Shown here in pieces: positions 59,872 to 64,000 of a stretch of 64,000 nt of DNA. Origin of the DNA: Carcharhinus longimanus (lineage: Eukaryota); assembly GCA_030264375.1 (NCBI GenBank), contig JASCQW010000132.1, forward strand, positions 92,154,449 to 92,218,448, written 5' to 3'. Position 1 is the first letter of the stretch, and each line of letters begins with the position of its first letter. The notes under the pieces were generated by a model, which had not been told where the DNA came from, did not search any database, and was given only the letters and a program-made list of their open reading frames with translations. Position numbers and translations under genes: made by a program.

Positions 59872-61400
59872 AACATAAAAACTAGAAGGAGAGCATACCA
59901 TTCAGTCCTTTGAACTTGCTCCACCGTTCACTTTGGTCATGGTTGATCATCAAATTCAATATCCTGAAACTGCTTTCCCCTATATCCCTTGAAGCCTCTA
60001 GTCCCAAGAGCTTTATCTAATTTTTTTCTTGAAATCACACAACATTTTGGCCTCAACTACTTCCTGTGGCAGTGAATTCCACAGGTTCACCACTTTCTGG
60101 GTAAATAACTTTCTCCTTGCATTAGTCCTAAAAGATTTACCCCTTTGTCCTCAAACCATGACCCCCTAGTTCTGAACTCCCCACCATCAGGAACATTCTG
60201 CATCTACCCTGAGTAATCCTGTTAGAATTTTAGAATTCTATAAGATCCCCTCTCACTCTTCTAAACTTCAATGAATGTAATCCTAACTGACTTAGTCTCT
60301 CCTCATGCAATAGACCTGCTATCCCAGAAATCAGCCTAGTAAACCTTTGCTGCACTACCTCTAAAGGGCATCCTTCCTCAAATAAGGACACCAGAACTGC
60401 ACACAATTTTCCAGGTGTGCCTCACCAACACTCAATGCAATTGCAGTAAAACATCTCTATTCCTATCAGCAAATCCTCTCACTATAAAGGCCAATATACT
60501 ATTTGCCTTCTTTCCTGCCTGCTATACCTACCTGCTTACTTTTTAGTTAGCCAAGAGTGATGGTTCCTCTTTATATAAAGACTTATGTAAGTATATAAAG
60601 TTTTCTTTATGTACTTATTCTGAAATATCCCCTTATGTATCTGCCACCGATTCTCTACTGATCTATCCCTTAGCCTTGTATCCCAATTCACTTCACCTAG
60701 CTCAGTTTTCATGCCCACATAGTTGCCCTTATTTAACTTCAAAAGTATAAAACTGGATGTAAAATTCAGTCATATTGTAGTGCTGCTATCTAGGGCTGCC
60801 TTTATTCTGAGGTTATTAATTATTCCTGTCACGTTGCAAAACACTAAGTTTATAAGATCTGTTCTATGGTTGATTCCAGAACATGCTGGTCTAAGAAAAT
60901 ATCTTAGAACTATTTTAAGAACCTCATCCAGGCTACTACTGCCAATCTGATTTTTTCAGTTTAAACATAAATTCAAGTCAGCCATGATTATTACCATTCC
61001 TCTAACACAAGTACCCAATATTTCTTCATGTATACTTTGCTCTGTTGTGGTTACTGTTATGGGGCCTATAATCCACTCCCTCTAATAATTTCTTTCCCCT
61101 ACTATTCCTCATGTCCACCCTACCACATCCTGATCTCTTGAGCCAAGTTGATCTCTTTACTGCGCCACTGTCATCCTTGATCAACAATGCTATCCTTCCA
61201 GTTTTATCTAGTTTCTTTTCGTTTTGAATATCTTGTACCCCATTATATTCAGAACCCAATTCTTGTCCCCATGCAGCCAGGTCTCCATAATGGCTATTAG
61301 ATCATATTTATTTATTTCAGTGTATGCTATTAATTTGTTTATTTGGCTATGAAAGCTATGTACATTTAGATATAGATCATTAGTTTAATTTTTTATCTTT
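59872..61400 (-). mobile_element. CR1 LINE relic (3' tail, RT C-terminus and endonuclease-region fragments)
   Basis: Tail AACATAAAAACTAGAAGGAG; ORF fragments LNKGNY.GM..EL..VNW and G..ALLIKD...GV.YRP.NS. Confidence 0.75.
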
Positions 61401-61809
61401 GTTACACCTAGTCTTGATTCTTTATGCATTCTTAGTCTTTTTCTCTCTGTCGCTTCCTGCAGTTCTGTGCCCCTCATTTCCCATATTACTGTTTTCTATT
61501 TTCTTGTTCTACTCTTGGATATACTACATCTTTCCATGCCCCTTTGATCTCTTGCCCCACAATTTAGTTCAAAGCTCTCTCTACTTTTATAGTTACACAC
61601 TTTGCAACCGGTCTCAGCACAGTTCAGGTGCAGATCTTCCCAACATTACAACCTCCACTTTCCCCCGTGCAGGTGCCCCACATACTAGAACCAACCTCCC
61701 TCATTACCAGTCTTTGAGCCACACATTCACCTCTCTAATTGTATATGCTCTATGCCAATTTGCCACCATAAATGTTCAAATCTGTATCCTTGGGTTTAAA
61801 GAATGGAGA

Positions 61810-62293
61810 TACAGATGCACCACAGAGAGCATCCTTTCCGGGTATATCACAGCTTGGTATGGCTCCTGCTCTGCCCAAGACCATAAGAAACCACAAAAGA
61901 TAGTGAATGAAGCCCAGTCCATCATGCAAACCAGCCTACCATCCATTGACTCCGTCTACACTTCCCACTGCCTCAGAAAAGCAGATATCATAATCAAGAA
62001 CCCCATGCACTCCTGACATATTCTCTTCTACCTTTTTCTGTCGGGAAAAAGATACAAAGATCTGAGATCATGTAGTAACCGACTCAAGAACAGCTTCTTC
62101 CCTACTGCCATTAGACTTTTGAATGGACCTACCTCATTAAGTTGATCTTTCTCTACAGCCTAACTATGACTGTAACACTACATTCTGCACTCTGTCCTTT
62201 CCTTTGCTATGTATGGAATGCTTTGTCTGTATAGCGCACAAGAAACAATACTTTTTGCTGTATACTAATACAGATGACAATAAATCAAATCAA
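61810..62293 (+). mobile_element. Rex1/Babar LINE 3' end
   Basis: YRCTTESILSGYITAWYGSCSAQDHKK.QKIVNEAQSI..TSLPSIDSVYTS.CL.KA..IIK.P.H; tail CAATAAATCAAATCAA. Confidence 0.88.
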
Positions 62294-64000
62294 GATGAGG
62301 TTTGTCTCAGACTGATAGAGAATAATAGTTTTAATTGGGATGGTGGTATTGAAAGTGGAGATGAGGGTGTGGTTGAACAGATCAATAAATGCAGAAATGT
62401 CATGGTGAATTGACAGTTGGAACATGGAAGTTGTAAATCAATTAGCAAAGTGTTTTCCAGTGGTGTACACAGAAGAAAATAGGGAAAGGGGATTTTTGTA
62501 GCAAGTGATACAGGGAAGCAGTACATATTATGGGAGTAGCAAGGCCAAGTGAAATGGCAAGACTAAGGGTAGTAGAAGTGTGGAACACTCTCCCACAAAA
62601 AACAATGATGCTCGCTCAAGGAATACTAAATCTGAGATCAACAAATTTTTGCAGGAAAGAAGTAATAGAATGTTATGGAGCCAAGGCAGATGGATGTAAT
62701 TAGGATACAAATCAGTCACAATCTCTTTGACTGGTAGAACAGCTTCATGGGCTGATTGGCTGTGTTGCTCTTCTTATGTTTATATTGCATTGCACCCTGA
62801 ATTTTAACTACAACTATTTGTATTTCTTGCATCACTGTTAAATTGCAGATTTCACAGAAAAGCACAAATGTGATGTGATCCCAGAAGTCTAATCTATCCT
62901 GAAATCAGATGAAATGAAAAGCAATAGCCTTGGCCACATGCCTTTATTTCTGACTGTTTTCCAATTATGCATTACTTTTTTTTAAGTTGTCAACTTTTTT
63001 GAAACTGTCGGCGTTTTAATTGGCATAATTATGATGATGAACCATGGTTGTCTTGGTGCAGGGACCCTTCAATGTTGCCTTCTCTACCTTGGCATTCTGT
63101 TCCAGATTTCCCACCTAGTGCACATGAGCAAAAACTGATAGACCTGGCCTTTTCAGGAAAATTGGCGTTTTAACAAAACCTGAGAGACATTTCAGTGTAT
63201 CCTCCATGAGACTTTCTCAGTAATTAAGTATCAAATCTGGTCATCCTCAGCCAGAAGCGATTGAACTATTGCACCAACTTCCATCATGGAAATTAAGTAT
63301 TATTGGGGTGGTCAGTAGATGCAACAATGAAAGGAAAAATCTTTCCTGTTTCTTCTATTAAACTTTGATCCCAGCACTGTTTCTATCCCTCTCTTTCTCC
63401 CACCTCTCCCTCTTAAATTCTACGCTCCCCCTATTTTTCTCTCTCTCTCTCTTCCTCTCTCCCCCCCCCCGTCTCTCAATAAATTACTTTTGAAGACTTG
63501 AAGTTGGGGATGAACGCCATAATCTGAGATTTTGCTAACTTACAACCGAGTTATTTTGCTGGGAGCGATGCTGAAAGAATTCCGTTTGGGAGCAAGATTC
63601 AACATGGACACATTGCTAAATAGCCATTGCAAATTTGAAAGTGGCATTTAACATTTTGTGAAAACCTGGCAGAGTGTGAGCACTTGGGAAGCTTTAATCT
63701 TGCTGTACTTGAACTGTGGTTTCCCCTTAGGCTCAAGTACGGAGGGTTTGTTTATTGCAATCTGTGATTCAGAAATCTGGAACAGTTTGTATCATTTAAC
63801 AATCATTATTATTGTCAAGATTGGACATCTTTGAGCGGTGTGTTCCATGCTGTCTGAAAGATGCAGTTCTTCAAATCGTCTCACTAGTTTGGTATATTTT
63901 CTGTTTGTTTGTATGTGGCAATGAAATGTATGTATACACAAGAGTTAGCCAGTCTGCTTTATGTAAAATTTTCATTTTCTTTGAACAATGTACAGCTTCC

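Noticed and set aside
61399-62016. 205-aa ORF with hydrophobic N-terminus
   Set aside because: Chance fusion of T-rich repeat sequence with a Rex1 RT C-terminal fragment.
34414-64000. Search for HIBADH exons 7-8 (LGLDPKLL...; DLGLAQ...)
   Set aside because: Not found by eye; presumably beyond the window (long intron) or in a gap, so not annotated.

Overview
Vertebrate nuclear DNA, almost certainly a shark, inferred from HE1/V-SINE, Deu-domain SINE, CR1/HER1, L2, Rex1 and Penelope repeats. The draft assembly has many N-gaps. The window is mostly intron-like and repeat-rich, and almost all ORFs in the supplied track are spurious or TE-derived. Real host coding sequence consists of short spliced exons that the ORF track misses, all on the + strand: three intact, consecutive GSTZ1 (maleylacetoacetate isomerase) exons at 5804-7540 and two intact HIBADH exons at 33630-34413. 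I found no other exons of either gene, so the GSTZ1 piece appears to sit inside HIBADH's large upstream intron and to break off right at the start of its next exon. The window opens with a decayed endogenous retrovirus on the - strand (LTR, tRNA-Phe PBS, gag with two zinc knuckles, protease) that seems to lack most of pol and abuts a Gypsy-type LTR end. Other notable structure: two complementary decayed hammerhead-ribozyme motifs in Penelope-like repeats, a ~90-bp-period array of PBX/MEIS and TCF/LEF motifs, long hairpins, a local inverted duplication, a 5'-inverted Rex1 LINE, and several candidate conserved non-coding elements (HIBADH lies in the HoxA/Evx1 regulatory landscape in other vertebrates). 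Repeat boundaries are approximate and were read by eye.
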